Source of the DNA: Eledone cirrhosa
Taxonomy: Eukaryota
Length of the DNA stretch: 64,000 nucleotides
Direction: 5' to 3'
Assembly: GCA_964016885.1 (NCBI GenBank)
Contig: OZ024741.1
Location: 305,536,001-305,600,000, forward strand
Shown: in pieces, positions 25,610 to 38,532 of the stretch
Numbering within the stretch: position 1 is the stretch's first letter
Layout: the number at the start of each line of letters is the position of its first letter
Notes under the pieces: model-generated
What the model saw: only the letters and a program-made list of their open reading frames with translations
What the model was told of the DNA's origin: nothing
Database searches by the model: none
Made by a program: the position numbers and the translations under genes

Positions 25610-25613
<4 letters not shown>
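25434..25613 (-). mobile_element. Single-arm copy of the 31309-31682 family, with a decayed hammerhead
   Basis: Minus strand ACTT-TTGAAAA-gaactgt-GAAA-CCGG-TA-AAGT (stem II partly deleted); flanked by (TA)n. Confidence 0.65.
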
Positions 25614-25655
<42 letters not shown>

Positions 25656-25882
25656 CACATATACATACATTCAGACATGCATACACGCAGGCACACACAC
25701 ACACATATATATATAAAACATAAAATAACAATATCAATAATAGATGTAAAATAATAGGTATACAAATTTGACTGCTGTGCTTCAGTGTTTATTGTTATTT
25801 GCCTTTTGCATACATACATGTGTGCGTGTGTGTATATATATATATAAATATGTGTGTGTATGTATTGTGAATATATATATAT

Positions 25883-25957
25883 CTGATGAAGAAAGGTTTC
25901 TCCATGATCTCCATTTGAAGACTATGTATATTCCCTTTCAGAAACTAATTAGTTGGA
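25883..25957 (+). ncRNA. Hammerhead motif at the start of a 5'-truncated PLE-like 3' end (element to ~26128)
   Basis: CTGATGA at 25883; stem II GAAAGG/CCTTTC; GAAA at 25941; palindromic stem III CTAATTAG; GUU. The 5' strand of stem I is replaced by (TA)n. Confidence 0.6.
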
Positions 25958-26125
25958 GTGAAATTTAAGTAAGTAAGTTAATTACTATAATTTTCTTATT
26001 TTACGTTTTTCATATAATTTGTTCTGCATCCCATTGTATTGAACCACAAAGTTACTAAGACAAAACCTATATATTTGCTAGCATAAGTATACATCTGTAT
26101 AAATATGTTGGTAGATATACTAATT

Positions 26126-26171
<46 letters not shown>

Positions 26172-26546
26172 GATATTAAATAAATGGAAACTATATTTAT
26201 AAAACCATATTTATTTCATTATACATATTTCAGGGATACCAAATTAAAATATGGTATGCCTTCACCAGACAAAATACAATATATAAACAGTTTTATAAAT
26301 AATTTTGACGTACCCTATTAAATGCAACCATTATTTTTGGAAACTGTTTATATATTGTATTTTGTCTGATGAAGGCATACCATATTTTAATTTGGTATCC
26401 CTGAAATATGTATAATGAAATAAATATGGTTTTATAAATATAGTTTCCATTTATTTAATATCTACTCCAAAAACTTGTCGAGTGCTTTATATCAGTTATA
26501 AAATATTTACTTGTTGTATCCCAACAATTTTAAATAGAACTTTTGC
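26172..26546 (+). mobile_element. Fold-back hammerhead element, 'TAAATGGAAAC' family
   Basis: Arms 26172-26293 and 26341-26462, 47-nt spacer, ~84-bp tail; in (TA)n. Confidence 0.8.
26358..26422 (+). ncRNA. Type I hammerhead ribozyme
   Basis: TATTTTGT-CTGATGA-AGGCATACCA...TGGTATCCCT-GAAA-TATGTA-TA|ATGAAATA; cleavage predicted after 26414. Confidence 0.75.
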
Positions 26547-26681
<135 letters not shown>

Positions 26682-26690
26682 TATATATAT

Positions 26691-27026
26691 ACAATATATT
26701 AATAAATGGAAACTATATTTATAAAACCATATATATATTTATTATATATATTTCAAGGGCCACCAAGGCAAATTATGGTCTTTTTTTCGGGTATGTCAAT
26801 ATTTATTTATAAAACGAATCTGTATTTTATCTGATGAAAGCGCACCATAATTTGCCTTGGTTGCCCTTGAAATATATATATAATAAAATAAATATGGTTT
26901 TATAAATATAGTTTCCATTTATTAATATATTGTGTATTTACTCCACTAATTTGTTGAGTGCTTTATATCAGTTATAAAAAAACTTTAAGCTTGTTGAATT
27001 CCAACAAATTAAATATAACCTCTGCA
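26691..27026 (+). mobile_element. Fold-back hammerhead element, 'TAAATGGAAAC' family
   Basis: Arms about 26691-26779 and 26844-26933; tail ends CCAACAAATTAAATATAACCTCTGCA|TATA. Confidence 0.8.
26823..26890 (+). ncRNA. Type I hammerhead ribozyme
   Basis: TATTTTAT-CTGATGA-AAGCGCACCA...TGGTTGCCCTT-GAAA-TATATATA-TA|ATAAAATA. Confidence 0.7.
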
Positions 27027-27102
27027 TATATATATATATCCCGTCTAACCCATGCTAGCGTGGAAGATAGATGTTAAACGATGATGATGATGAGGATGAT
27101 GA

Positions 27103-27152
<50 letters not shown>

Positions 27153-27182
27153 ATGTATTTATATACATATACATATATATAT

Positions 27183-27300
<118 letters not shown>

Positions 27301-27759
27301 ACTGACAGACAGAGAGGCAGAGACAGAGTGATGGAAGAGAGACCCATAAAGATAACCGAAATAATAATCTAATTACGAAATCTGAAATGTAACGCAAGAG
27401 TAGATCGCACGCAACAGTCATGTGCATATATAACAACACATACGCACACTCCTATTTACTTACACAACTTTGTACCCACAGACATGTACACACACACACA
27501 TAGGCTCGTATATACTCACAGAAGTTTGCGGCCGCACTATATCATATATACAAACATTCATAGATAGGAATATACGCACACACCAGCTCACAATTTTAAA
27601 AGAATTTAGACAGATAAAAAAAAAAAGAAAATGAAAATCAACAGAAATCCATGGATGTTACCTTCCTGTCAGTTTTACCGCTGTACTTGTATTCTACACC
27701 GTATAATGATCTGACCTGTATACCGGGTTAAGGTTAGGGTTACCTTTTGTAGTTGAGGT

Positions 27760-28680
27760 AGACTGCACACTGAACTGTAAATGACCAGGTAAACTGCACA
27801 CTGCACTGAATTGTAAATGGCCAGGTAGATTGCGGGCTTAACTGTAAATGGCCAGGTAGACTGGCCAGATAGACCGCACGCTGAACTGTAAATGGCCAGA
27901 TAGACCGCACGCTTAACTGTAAATGACCAGGTAGACTGCACACCGAACTGTAAATGGCCAGATAGACCGCACGCTGAGGTGTAAATGGCCAAGTAAGACC
28001 GCACGCTTAACTGTAAATGACCAGGTAGACTGCACACCGAACTGTAAATGGCCAGATAGACCGCACGCTGAGCTGTAAATGGCCAGGTAAGATCGCACGC
28101 TGAACTGTAAATGGCCAGGTAAGACCGCACGCTGAGGTGTAAATGGCCAGGTAAGACCGCACGCTGAACTGTAAATGGCCAGGTAAGACCGCACGCTGAG
28201 GTGTAAATGGCCAGGTAAGATCGCACGCTGAACTGTAAATGGCCAGGTAAGACCGCACGCTGAGGTGTAAATGGCCAGGTAAGATCGCACGCTGAACTGT
28301 AAATGGCCAGGTAAGACCGCACGCTGAGGTGTAAATGGCCAGGTAAGACCGCACGCTGAACTGTAAATGACCAGGTAAACTGCACGCTGAACTGTAAATG
28401 ACCAGGTAAACTGCACACTGAACTGTAAACGGCCAGGTAGACTGCACACTGAACTGTAAATGGCCAGGTAGACTGCACACTGAACTGTAAACGGCCAGGT
28501 AGACTACACACTGAATTGTAAACGGCCAGGTAGACCACGCGCTCTGTGTAAACGTAAATATTTACCATGAAATATATGTAGTTAGACTGCACGCTGAACA
28601 GTTAATGACTAGGTAGACTACACGCTGAATTATAAATGTGCCGCTAGACTGCATGCTAAATGTAAATGACGAGGTAGATT
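27760..28680. repeat. 30-31-bp minisatellite (ACTGTAAATGGCCAGGTAAGACCGCACGCTGA), roughly 28-30 copies
   Basis: Direct tandem repetition with alternating AACT/AGGT variants. Confidence 0.95.
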
Positions 28681-28754
28681 CAGGACATATTAAGCTTTCA
28701 CCGAGCCCCTGTCTGAAAATGTAATTGAGAATCTTGCGTATTACTTATGGTAGG

Positions 28755-28977
28755 AATAATAATAATGATTTCTACTATAGGCACAAGGCCAGTAATTTGG
28801 GCGAAGGGGAAAGTCGATTAAATCGAACCCAGTGCATTACTGGTACTTTATTTTATCGACCTCGTAAGGATGAAAGGCAAAGTTAACCTCGGCGGGATTT
28901 GAACTCAGAACGTAAAGTGACATGACTATATGCCGCAAAGCATGTTGTACGACGCTCTACCGATACTGCCAATCCAA
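28755..28977 (-). mobile_element. tRNA-derived SINE (family A), full length
   Basis: Reverse complement of 31939-32163; (AAT)n at both flanks. Confidence 0.8.
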
Positions 28978-29567
28978 ATAATAATAATAGTAATAATTTG
29001 GCGCCAGTGTGAACATTGCACATTAAAGATTATATGACCAGGTAGCCCGTACAAAAAACTGTAACCAAGAAATGAATGAAAAAAAAAAAAGAACAGGTAA
29101 AAAAAGAACAGAAACTTACCAAATGCTTAATTTGTATATTATATATATATATATATCTATCTATATATATATATATATATAAATTATATATATATAATTT
29201 GTTTTCCTTTCTGTCCCAGAAATAAAATATCTCTTGTGTTTGTTCTCACCTAAAACTGTTTTAAACTGTTATAGTGTTTTCTGTTGTGAGTATGCTGTGT
29301 GATTACGTGAGTGGGTTTATATGTAGTAAAAGTTGAAAGCAAGAGAGAGTGAAAGAAAGAGAGAGAGAGAATGTGGTGATATTCTTCTCCGAGCGAGAAT
29401 AAGCGAACTGTTCAAAATTCCAGGTAGCGATCTATAATCTAACAAAATGTTGGATCCGCCGCGCACAAGTGGAAAGAAAACTACAAAATAAAAACAAGAC
29501 AAAAAAAAAATGTAAATAACAATACTACTACTACTAATAATATCTAAACAACAAAAGTAACAACTAA

Positions 29568-29636
<69 letters not shown>

Positions 29637-29894
29637 ACACACGCGCGCGCGCGCACACATATATATTATATAATTTCGGTTGCAACCACCCCCACCATAT
29701 ATATATATAAGTTTCGTTTGTACACACCTATATATATATATATATATATAAATAGAGTTACAACATCGATAATGGATTTAGTCAATGTTCTAAATGCCTT
29801 CTGATTTCTATTATGTATACCAAGAATTGACCCTAAAACCCGTTATATATACACCCCTATATATATCAAAGCTTCGATTTTTACTAAGCTTCCA

Positions 29895-29930
<36 letters not shown>

Positions 29931-30494
29931 TGTGTATATATATATATATATGGGTGTGTATATATAGGTGTGTATATATAGGTGCGTATATATATATATA
30001 TAGGTGTGTATATATAGGTGTGTATATATATATATAGGTGTGTATATATAGGTGTGTATATAAAATATATATATATAACTTTCCTTTGTACCCACACCTA
30101 CATATATATATATATATATCATCATCACCGTTTAACGTCCATCTTCCACGCTTGCATGGGTTTGATATATATATAGTTAAAGAGAATTTCTTAGAATAAA
30201 AAGACTCACTTGCAGAATATGATGCACTTTCTCTTGTTTTCCTTTGTTTCTTATTGTTGATTGTTCGTTCTTACTTTTCCTCTTTCGCACTTATCTCGTT
30301 AAAACTAAATAAATATTTGTAATAATACATAAAATATAAAAACCATCATTATTTTTGGTTAAATTTTCTCTGTGTGTGTGTGTGTGTGTGTATGTGTGTG
30401 TGTGTGTGTAGACAGACAAATAAATGGTGTGGGCTCTCCGTTGGGATCCTAACTATATATATATATATAACTATATATATATATATATCAATGC

Positions 30495-30760
30495 TATTAA
30501 TAAATGGAAACTATATTTATAAAACCATATTTATTCTATTATAAATATTTCAAGGGTACCAAAACTTTGGTACGCTCTCATCAGATAAAATACAGAGCTT
30601 GTTTTATAAATATTGAAATATATATAATAGAATAAATATGGTTTTATAAATATAGTTTCCATTTATTAATATCATATTCCAGAAAATCTGTCGACTGCTT
30701 CGCATCTGTTATAAATATATATATTTGTTGAATTACCAACAAATTAAATATCTCTTTGCT
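30495..30760 (+). mobile_element. Fold-back element, 'TAAATGGAAAC' family; forward arm internally deleted
   Basis: Outer arms start at 30495 and end at 30671; tail to ~30760; in (TA)n. Confidence 0.75.
30532..30592 (-). ncRNA. Type I hammerhead ribozyme (in the inverted arm)
   Basis: Minus strand TATTTTAT-CTGATGA-GAGCGTACCAAAG...TTTTGGTACCCTT-GAAA-TATTTA-TA|ATAGAATA. Confidence 0.7.
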
Positions 30761-30784
30761 TATATATATATAATATATATAATA

Positions 30785-31243
30785 TACAATAAATTAATAA
30801 ATGGAAACTATATTTATAAAACCATATTTATTTTATTATACATATTTCAAGGGCAACCAAGGCAAATTATGGTGCTCTTTCATCAGATAAAATACAGATT
30901 TGTTTTATAAATAAATATTGACATACCCGGAAAAAAGACAACCTTAACGGTTGGCGCTTCCTGGATAGTTACTATCCAGGAAGCGCCAACCGTTAAGGTT
31001 GTCTTTTTTCCGGGTATGTCAATATTTATTTATAAAACAAATCTGTATTTTATCTGATGAAAGAGCACCATAATTTGCCTTGGTTGCCCTTGAAATATGT
31101 ATAATAAAATAAATATGGTTTTATAAATATGGTTTCCATTTATTAATATATTGTGTATTTACTCCACTAACTTGTTGAGTGCTTTATATCAGTTATAAAC
31201 ATTTTAAAGTTTGTTGAATCCCAACAAATTAAATATAACCTCT

Positions 31244-31244
<1 letters not shown>
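30785..31244 (+). mobile_element. Fold-back hammerhead element, 'TAAATGGAAAC' family (longest copy)
   Basis: ~185-bp arms around a 1-nt loop at 30970; ~90-bp tail; hammerhead on both strands. Confidence 0.85.
31046..31111 (+). ncRNA. Type I hammerhead ribozyme
   Basis: TATTTTAT-CTGATGA(31054)-AAGAGCACCA...TGGTTGCCCTT-GAAA(31092)-TATGTA-TA|ATAAAATA; mirror copy on the minus strand at about 30829-30894. Confidence 0.75.
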
Positions 31245-31308
<64 letters not shown>

Positions 31309-31315
<7 letters not shown>

Positions 31316-31682
31316 GTGAGGTTTTTTTTACAAAATGAAAAATAACCGAGGTGTCCTACACGAGTGGAAGTATAAAGAAAAAGGGATGAAATCGAAAATG
31401 CAACTGGAGTCTTATTTTTTTAAAAATATATATATTTATTTGGTTCCTTTACCGGTTTCGCAGTTCTTCTGCTTTTCAAAAGGTGAGTTGAGATGGAGGG
31501 TCTGTGGTTTTTCTCACATGTGGTTTTTCTCACATGTGAGAAAAACCACAGACCCTCCATCTCAACTCACCTTTTGAAAAGCAGAAGAACTGCGAAACCG
31601 GTAAAGGAACCAAATAAATATATATATTTTAAAAAAAATAAGACTTCAGTTGCATTTTCGATTTCATCCCTTTTTCTTTATA
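31309..31682 (-). mobile_element. Fold-back element with a variant (U3/A8) minimal hammerhead
   Basis: Arms 31371-31518 and 31535-31682; 16-bp duplication at the centre; tail 31309-31370. Motif CCTT-TTGAAAA-GCAG-aagaa-CTGC-GAAA-CCGG-TA|AAGG at 31570-31607, mirrored at about 31446-31483. Confidence 0.75.
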
Positions 31683-31701
31683 TATATATATATATATATA
31701 T

Positions 31702-31800
31702 GAGGAGATTCGGGACCCCGACGGCTGAGCTCTACTACCCCAAGTATCGAGTACTCTGGTGGGTTATTGTCCACCTGGTATTTTACCATACCCTTTCTGA
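31702..31800 (+). mobile_element. Collapsed copy of the 'GACCCCGACGG' fold-back family
   Basis: Inverted arm joined directly to the tail at a CTCT microhomology. Confidence 0.65.
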
Positions 31801-31938
31801 TATATATATATATATATAGGGATTGCAACCTAACAAATCGTCCTTTTAGGGGTCGATAAAAGAAAGTACCAGTAATTCACTAGGATAATTGCTGGCCTTG
31901 TGCCGAAAGTAGAAACAATTATTCGTATATATATATAA

Positions 31939-32163
31939 AGGGCAGTGGATTGGCAGTATCGGTAGAGGGTCGGGCGCCATGTTTTGCAGCATAGAGTTAC
32001 GGCCCTTTATGATCTGAGTTCAAATCCCGCCGAAGTTAAATTTGCCTTTCATCCTTACGGGGTCGGTAAAATAAAGTACCAGTCACACACTGGAGTCGAT
32101 TTAATCGACTTCCCCCCCTCCTCCCAAATTGCTGGCCTTGTGCCTATATAAGAAACCACTATT
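31939..32163 (+). mobile_element. tRNA-derived SINE (family A), full length
   Basis: A-box TGGCAGTATCGG, B-box GAGTTCAAATCC, central GCCTTTCATCCTTACGGGGTCGGTAAAATAAAGTACCAG (resembles a Meta/MESC-type SINE core, from memory), tail GGCCTTGTGCCTATATAAGAAAC. Confidence 0.8.
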
Positions 32164-32181
32164 AGTATATATATATATATA

Positions 32182-32374
32182 TAACATCAAATTTAATATA
32201 GAAATGGCTTCTACAAGACTAGAACTGTTTTATTCGAAAGGACTGATGATTTCTTTCGAATGAAACAGTTCTAGTCCTGTAGAAGCCATTGCTATATTAA
32301 ATTTGATGTTTACACTCTAGTAATGTATTGAGTACCTTACTTACTGTGGTTGCCCCTGATTGAACCCGGGACTC
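32182..32374 (+). mobile_element. Fold-back element with a hammerhead-like core at its centre
   Basis: Arms 32182-32240 and 32253-32310; the spacer contains CTGATGA (32243); GAAA at 32262; ~64-bp tail. Stem I/III register is imperfect. Confidence 0.65.
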
Positions 32375-32539
32375 ACACAGACACACACACACGTGTGTGT
32401 GTGTGTCTGTCTGTGCATATATATTATGTGGATTAGGAAGGAAAGAAAGAAGAAAAATGAATCCATCTTTTTATTACCCCCCCCCCCCATATATCACAGA
32501 CAAAAAATTAGACAAAGGAAAGTTCAATAGTGATTATAA

Positions 32540-33118
32540 TAATAATTGTTTCTACTTTAGGCACAAGGCCAGCAATTACCCAGTACATTACTGGTACTTT
32601 ATTTTATCGACTCCCTAAGGATGAAAGGCAAAGCTAACCTCGGCGGTATTTGAACTCAGATCGTAAAGGGGCGTAACTCTATGCTCCAAAGCATGGCATA
32701 GAGTTACGCCGTTTCTACTTTTGGCACAAGGCCAGCAATTTTTAGGGGAAGGGAAAATCGATCAAATCGACATCAGTGCATTACTGGTGTTTTATTTATC
32801 GATCCTGTAACGATGAAAGACAAAGTTAACCTCGACGGGATTTGAATTCAGAACGTAAAGGGTCGTGACTCTATACTGCGAAGCATAGTTCTGACGCTAA
32901 TAATAATGGTTTCTTATATGGGCACAAGGCCAGTAATTTTTTTTTGGGGGGGAGTCGATTAAATCGACCCCAGTGCGTGACTGGTACTTTATTTTATCGA
33001 CCTCATAAGGATGAAAGACAAAGTTAACCCCGGCGGGATTTGAGCTCAGATCATAAAGAGCCGTAACTCTATGCTGGAAAGCATGGCGTCCGACCCTCTA
33101 CCGATTCTGCCAATCCAT
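32540..33118 (-). mobile_element. Three head-to-tail family A SINEs
   Basis: GGCACAAGGCCAG...GATGAAAG...TTTGAACTCAGA repeated at about 32540, 32710 and 32900. Confidence 0.8.
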
Positions 33119-33272
33119 CCTGACACCCACGACAGAATGTTCTCGGAGAGGATAAGTCACAACTTTGGTAAGGTCTAACAGTGCCAAATCCAGGTGGTGC
33201 TGGTGGTGGTAGTAGTGGTGATGTTAATGAAGGTACTCGTGGTTGCTATTGTGGTTGTAGTGGTGGTTGTGA

Positions 33273-33767
<495 letters not shown>

Positions 33768-33891
33768 GCAATTTAAGGTAATGAAGGTTGTTCCTATGAT
33801 GGTGGTGATAGTGATGTTGTTGGCGGTAGAACTGCGTGAAATGCTTGAGGTGATGTTGAAGTGTGTGTATGTGTGTATGTGTGTGTGTTAG

Positions 33892-33923
<32 letters not shown>

Positions 33924-34451
33924 CACATATACATATACACATATAAATACGTGGAATTACTCTCACCAATTGTCCCCTTCCCGTTCCCACCCCTAATACA
34001 TCTCTCTTTCTCTCTCTTTCTGAAACCACCCAGCCACTCCTGCCCACCACCCACACTTTCATGGCGTACTTCTTTTTCAAGTTTGGCCAATGAACAGCTG
34101 AGATGTTGGTGTTGAACATCCCAGTTCTCTCTTTCTCTCTCTACATCTCTCTTCTCTCTACATCTCTCCCCCTCTCTCTATATATACGTTTCATTCCCTC
34201 ACTCTCTGTACACCATCTCTCTCTCTCTACATCTCGCACATTTCTTTATGTGTATCTCTCACCTCCTCTCTAATTGTTCACCTCTCTCTTCTCTCTCTCA
34301 TCATCTCTCACCCTCCCCTCTCTCTACACCCCTTCGTACGTTTCACCCCTCTCTCTCTATACATCCTACCTGTCACCCCACTCTCCAGAGCGTGAAATTA
34401 ATAAACATTCGTTGTACTGCCTGTCTGTTTTGTCCCTGTTCAAATTTTTCC

Positions 34452-34494
<43 letters not shown>

Positions 34495-34623
34495 GGAGCG
34501 AGAGACTCCTAGTCTTCATTAAGACATCTCTCTAGGAGAAGGTCACTCTGATATAAAACCTGCAATTTCGTTTGCATACAATGCTGTAGACCTGTTCTTC
34601 TTTTGGGGTAAATGCATTCGATG

Positions 34624-34877
34624 TGTGGTTAGAAAAAGCTATCTCACTTACCGTTTTTCGTAGGCGCCGCTAAACTCCACTGCAGGTTACTCCTCTTCCA
34701 CGTGCGTCCAACTGTTCACACCGGGAGCTGCCCAAAACTCGCGTCCACACCGTTTGCTGGTCACCACTAAAGAGAGGCCCTCTGCTGGCCCTTCCGGTCG
34801 AGCATCCTTCCGGCCAAACACCCTTCCGGTCGAGCACTCCCCCGCCTCCGGCCACCGCACGCCACACCATACCCACA
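34624..34877 (-). repeat. 3' LTR (254 bp)
   Basis: Near-identical to 38545-38846 except a 48-bp duplication and a few substitutions/indels. Confidence 0.95.
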
Positions 34878-34890
34878 CGCCTCCCTGATC

Positions 34891-37770
34891 TCAAGGATCA
34901 ATTTCCCCCTCGTCCCTCTGCATATGAAAGTCTGCTGTCCAGGTTGGTGGTCTACGACTTCGTTGCGATCTTCGTAGTATTGGGGCAGAGCTCTGGGTTT
35001 CCACCTCATCTTGGGTTTCCTCTTCCTCGGAGTCCGTCGACACAGTGATTCTTCTTACATCCAGGACATGACGTGGTACCCCGTCCACGGACACATTGTT
35101 CTTTGAATTTACGGCCGTCACCGTTCCCCTTCCCCATTGAGATGTGCAACGTGCATCTGGGGGCTTAACCCAGACTTCGCCCACCTGCACGAATGCACTC
35201 TCTCTCCCCACTGGCCGTTGTGGTGGCGTGCACGGGTGCTGCCACTCGTATTTGAATACTGCTCTGTGTGGCACCGATTCCTCGACCTGTCCAACCCGAG
35301 GGGACATATTGTACCAGAACACTGCCTCCATTGGTAAGATATGGCCCCGCTCCGCCATTGCCTTGATCGTCCGGTGGTGTCGCTCCACGATTCCATTCCC
35401 GCTCGGCCTGTGCGCCGCTCTGAAGAAACGGTCCACCTTCCATCCATCGAGCATCTCCCTCAGTGCCTCCGAGCGGAACGCTGCGCTGTTGTCCATCAGC
35501 AGTTCGTCCACAGGGCCCCGCTCCAAGAACACCTCTCTCAACGTCCGCACGATTTCCTCGGCCGTTCCAGTCTTCATCTCCCTCCATATCGCCATTCGAC
35601 CTGGTCCACAGTCGACCATCGAGAGGTACGTTCCCTGCCGGTAGTGCGTCACATCCACCTCTAATCGCTTCCAGTCGCGATCCACCGGGAGGCTTCCCGT
35701 TTCGTGTACACCCGGGGCGGGATCAATGGACTGACATCGGACGCAGCCTCTAACCCCCCCCCCCCCCCGAACACTGTGTATGCTAACGTCCGAGTCGATT
35801 CTCCCTGCTAGGAACAGGCTCCTATCCACCCCCATGTGGTGCATGTCATGCAACCCCTTCAGGTCTGACTCCGTCAGCCGACACACGGCAGCTATCTTAT
35901 CCTCTACCTCCTCCGGCGCTTCCATCCAGGTTTTCTTCACTCTAGTTAAGATGTCCGCCCTATTTTTCTCTGAGGGCACGAACACTACGCTCAGCTTCAG
36001 GTCGAACTCGGTGGCCAGCTCTCCTAACGTTCCCAGGCGGCGCTTTATCAGCATCTCCGCCGCGCCTCTCGTTCGCACTCTCTTCTCACTGGTGAGCACT
36101 GATCTTACCTATCCGAGTACAGTAGCCGAGTCGGTGCGTATCTCGATGGTGCGCAGCCCCCACCGCAGGGCGAGGTTCACCCCTCTCAACACCGCGTCCA
36201 GCTCGGCCACATTGATGTGGCTGCAGTCGTCCTTCTTTCTAAGCCAGGCTGCATCCTCGACCTCAACACCTCCTAGCTCCAACGTGACACCCAGCGCTAT
36301 GCTGCTGGCATCGCACCATACGGTCCCGCTCTGTGATTTGGGAACATACCAGCGTCCCCGCACTGGGTCGTCGGCCTTCACCCTCCCCGCGATCTCCTGC
36401 ATCATGGCCACCGTCCTCTCTCCCACTCTGTCACTCCAGGTCACCCCTCCCGCTCGTCTCTTGACATAGCTGCATGCCGTCCGGAGCCACCCAGCGATCG
36501 GGTAGTGACCCACCAGCTTTCCATACACCGAGAAAAGCTCCCGCCTACTCATACTTGGGCCCAGTTCCGGAACTTCGTTTCCCCTCTGGAACACAAAAAC
36601 GCCCGTCTTGTCTCGCCGTAGCCTAAGTCCCAGCGCGGCTCCTCCCTCCAATGCTTCTGATGGCTTCGCAGTCAGTCCATACCTCCGCAAATGGCTCGTG
36701 ACCTCCGCCGTCGACACCACCGACTCGTCCACTAGGATGTCGTCAATATAGGAGTTAGTAGCCCTCTTTATCTTGTCGGCCCTCCCCAGAGCGGTCTTGA
36801 GGACCGCCGCCATGATCTTCGGTGCGGAGCTCAGCCCGAAACCGAGCCTGGTCAGGCAATATGTCCGGCCCTTATACCCGACCAGCTGATACCGCCAGAG
36901 CTTCTCATCTATATGCAACTGCAAGTAAGCCGACTTTAGATCCACGATCGCTGAACCCCCCGTCATTCGTCTCCACTCACGCAGGGTTTCCCCACAGACA
37001 TCCGAGACCTCGCCACCCGTGTGGCATGACACGTGCTCGTTCAGCTCCCGATAGTCCAGCACCGGCCTCACCTTGCTCTTCGTGGGTTGCACCACCGCCA
37101 TTAACGGCAATACTCCGCACTTCACCTCCTCCTTCCAGGGAAGCAGTATGCCCTCTTCGATCCATCTCTCTACTTCTCGCTCGAACTCGCTCCTAGCGTT
37201 TCCCTTCAATGTGTGTTGATAGCAGCCCACTTTGGTCTTCAGTGTTGGTGGTTCTCCCTTCCAGTACCACTCAACAACCCATCGCTGCCCATCTAACACG
37301 GCCTTGAAGTCTTTGTCCTGTACAGTGTAAGCGGGGTATTCCTCCTCGTGGGCCTTCTGGTTCTCATGACGTGCACTCACAGCGCATACCGATGCAGCGG
37401 CGCCAAACGACACACCGACATTGTTCACCGTGACGCCCCCTAGACGGCCAATCGCGTCCATGCCCATAACCACGCCGATCCCATCCACCACACTGTCTAC
37501 CACGATGGCGGAAAGCCTTATCCTCCTTCCCCGTACCGCTATTTCCATCTCGCTGCGACCTCGGCATTCAATTTTCCTGCCGTCGACTGCCCTTACGCTG
37601 CTCTTCCCTCCCCACCTCTGCGCCACCCCCGCGGTCACCAGTGTCGTCGCACAGCCCGTATCCACGAGGGCTCGCTGTGGCTTCCCCCTCACGAAGACTT
37701 CCACCACGGGCAGCGCCGCTACTCGTAAGGGGCAACTACCGGCGCAGTAGTTCCCCTTGGATCGTTTCCC
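34891..37770 (-). pseudogene. pol: Gypsy pol (protease, RT, RNase H, integrase) with one in-frame stop at 36109-36111
   Basis: ALVDTG protease; RPVLDYRELN, DLKSAY and YIDD in RT; WCDAS...HINVAEL...RTDS...NRADILTR in RNase H; H-x3-H...CVRC and DDE core (EVDVTH, LLMDN, GNGIVERHHRTIK) in integrase. Confidence 0.9.
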
Positions 37771-38481
37771 TGGTCGCAGTTAGTAGCGATGCGGCCTGGT
37801 CGCTTACACCGGTAGTAAATTATCTCCGGCTTCGACTCTTTACAGTCTCTAGCCATGTGCGGGCCCTGGCACCGAAAACAGCGCCCTCTAAACGCACGCG
37901 GGCGGCCGTGTGCCGAGGTTGCCTCCCTTTCACCATTTCGCTGCCAGGTGTCCTGAGCCTCTGTAGTTGCTATCGCCGCAACACTCTTTTTGGCATCTTC
38001 CGCTATGATCCGTGCTTGTTCCACCAGTGAACGCATTTCCATCTCTTTATAACCCGGAACTTGCTGCAGTTTCACCGCTATGTCGTCCGGAAATCCATTG
38101 ATGAACGCCAACCGCACCGTGCGTCCGCATTTCACCTGGTAACCGGCCAACATGGCCAACCGCCGTATTTCCGCTGCGAAAATGTCGACGCGCTCACCAT
38201 TCCACCTGATTCTCGCCAGCTTAGCAAAAGCCGCCAACGGTCCCTCGGCGAATGCATCCATCAGACGCATTCTCAATCTTCTGCGCATCTCTTTGGCTGT
38301 GCTCGTCCAACTCAAGGAAGAGTACCAACGCATCGCCCTCGAGGTACAGTGCCATGAGGCCGGCCACATCCTCTATCTTCTGCAAGCTTGCGACCAGCCG
38401 AACCTTCCGCAGCCAAGCGACAACATCGTCTTCCCCGGTAAATGCCCTAATAGCTTCGTTCATCCGTAGTCTTGTCGCCAT
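37719..38481 (-). pseudogene. gag: Gypsy gag with CCHC zinc knuckle(s); one frameshift near 38270
   Basis: MATRLRMNEAIRAFTGEDDVVAWL...LYLEGDAL continues into LMDAFAEG...CFRCQGPHMARDC and a degenerate second knuckle. Confidence 0.85.
37727..37770 (-). promoter_or_regulatory. Programmed -1 ribosomal frameshift signal (gag-pol)
   Basis: Slippery heptamer G GGA AAC in the gag frame (37770-37764), then after 5 nt the hairpin AAGGGGAACTAC-tgcgccg-GTAGTTGCCCCTT; the -1 frame is open into pol. Confidence 0.8.
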
Positions 38482-38532
38482 CTTCTGACTTGTCTTGCGG
38501 CAAGTGTTTTTTTTTTGTTTTTTTTTTCAGTC

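Noticed and set aside
27675-28592. 305-aa ORF and overlapping ORFs; superficial CRISPR-like periodicity
   Set aside because: They are translations of a 30-31-bp minisatellite. There are no unique spacers or cas genes, and the context is eukaryotic.
31939-32030. tRNA-like A/B boxes here and at 20007 and 53445 considered as tRNA genes
   Set aside because: They continue into multi-copy SINE bodies, and I cannot see a complete cloverleaf
35118-38488. Many antisense and alternative-frame ORFs inside the Gypsy element
   Set aside because: Expected shadow ORFs of GC-rich coding sequence
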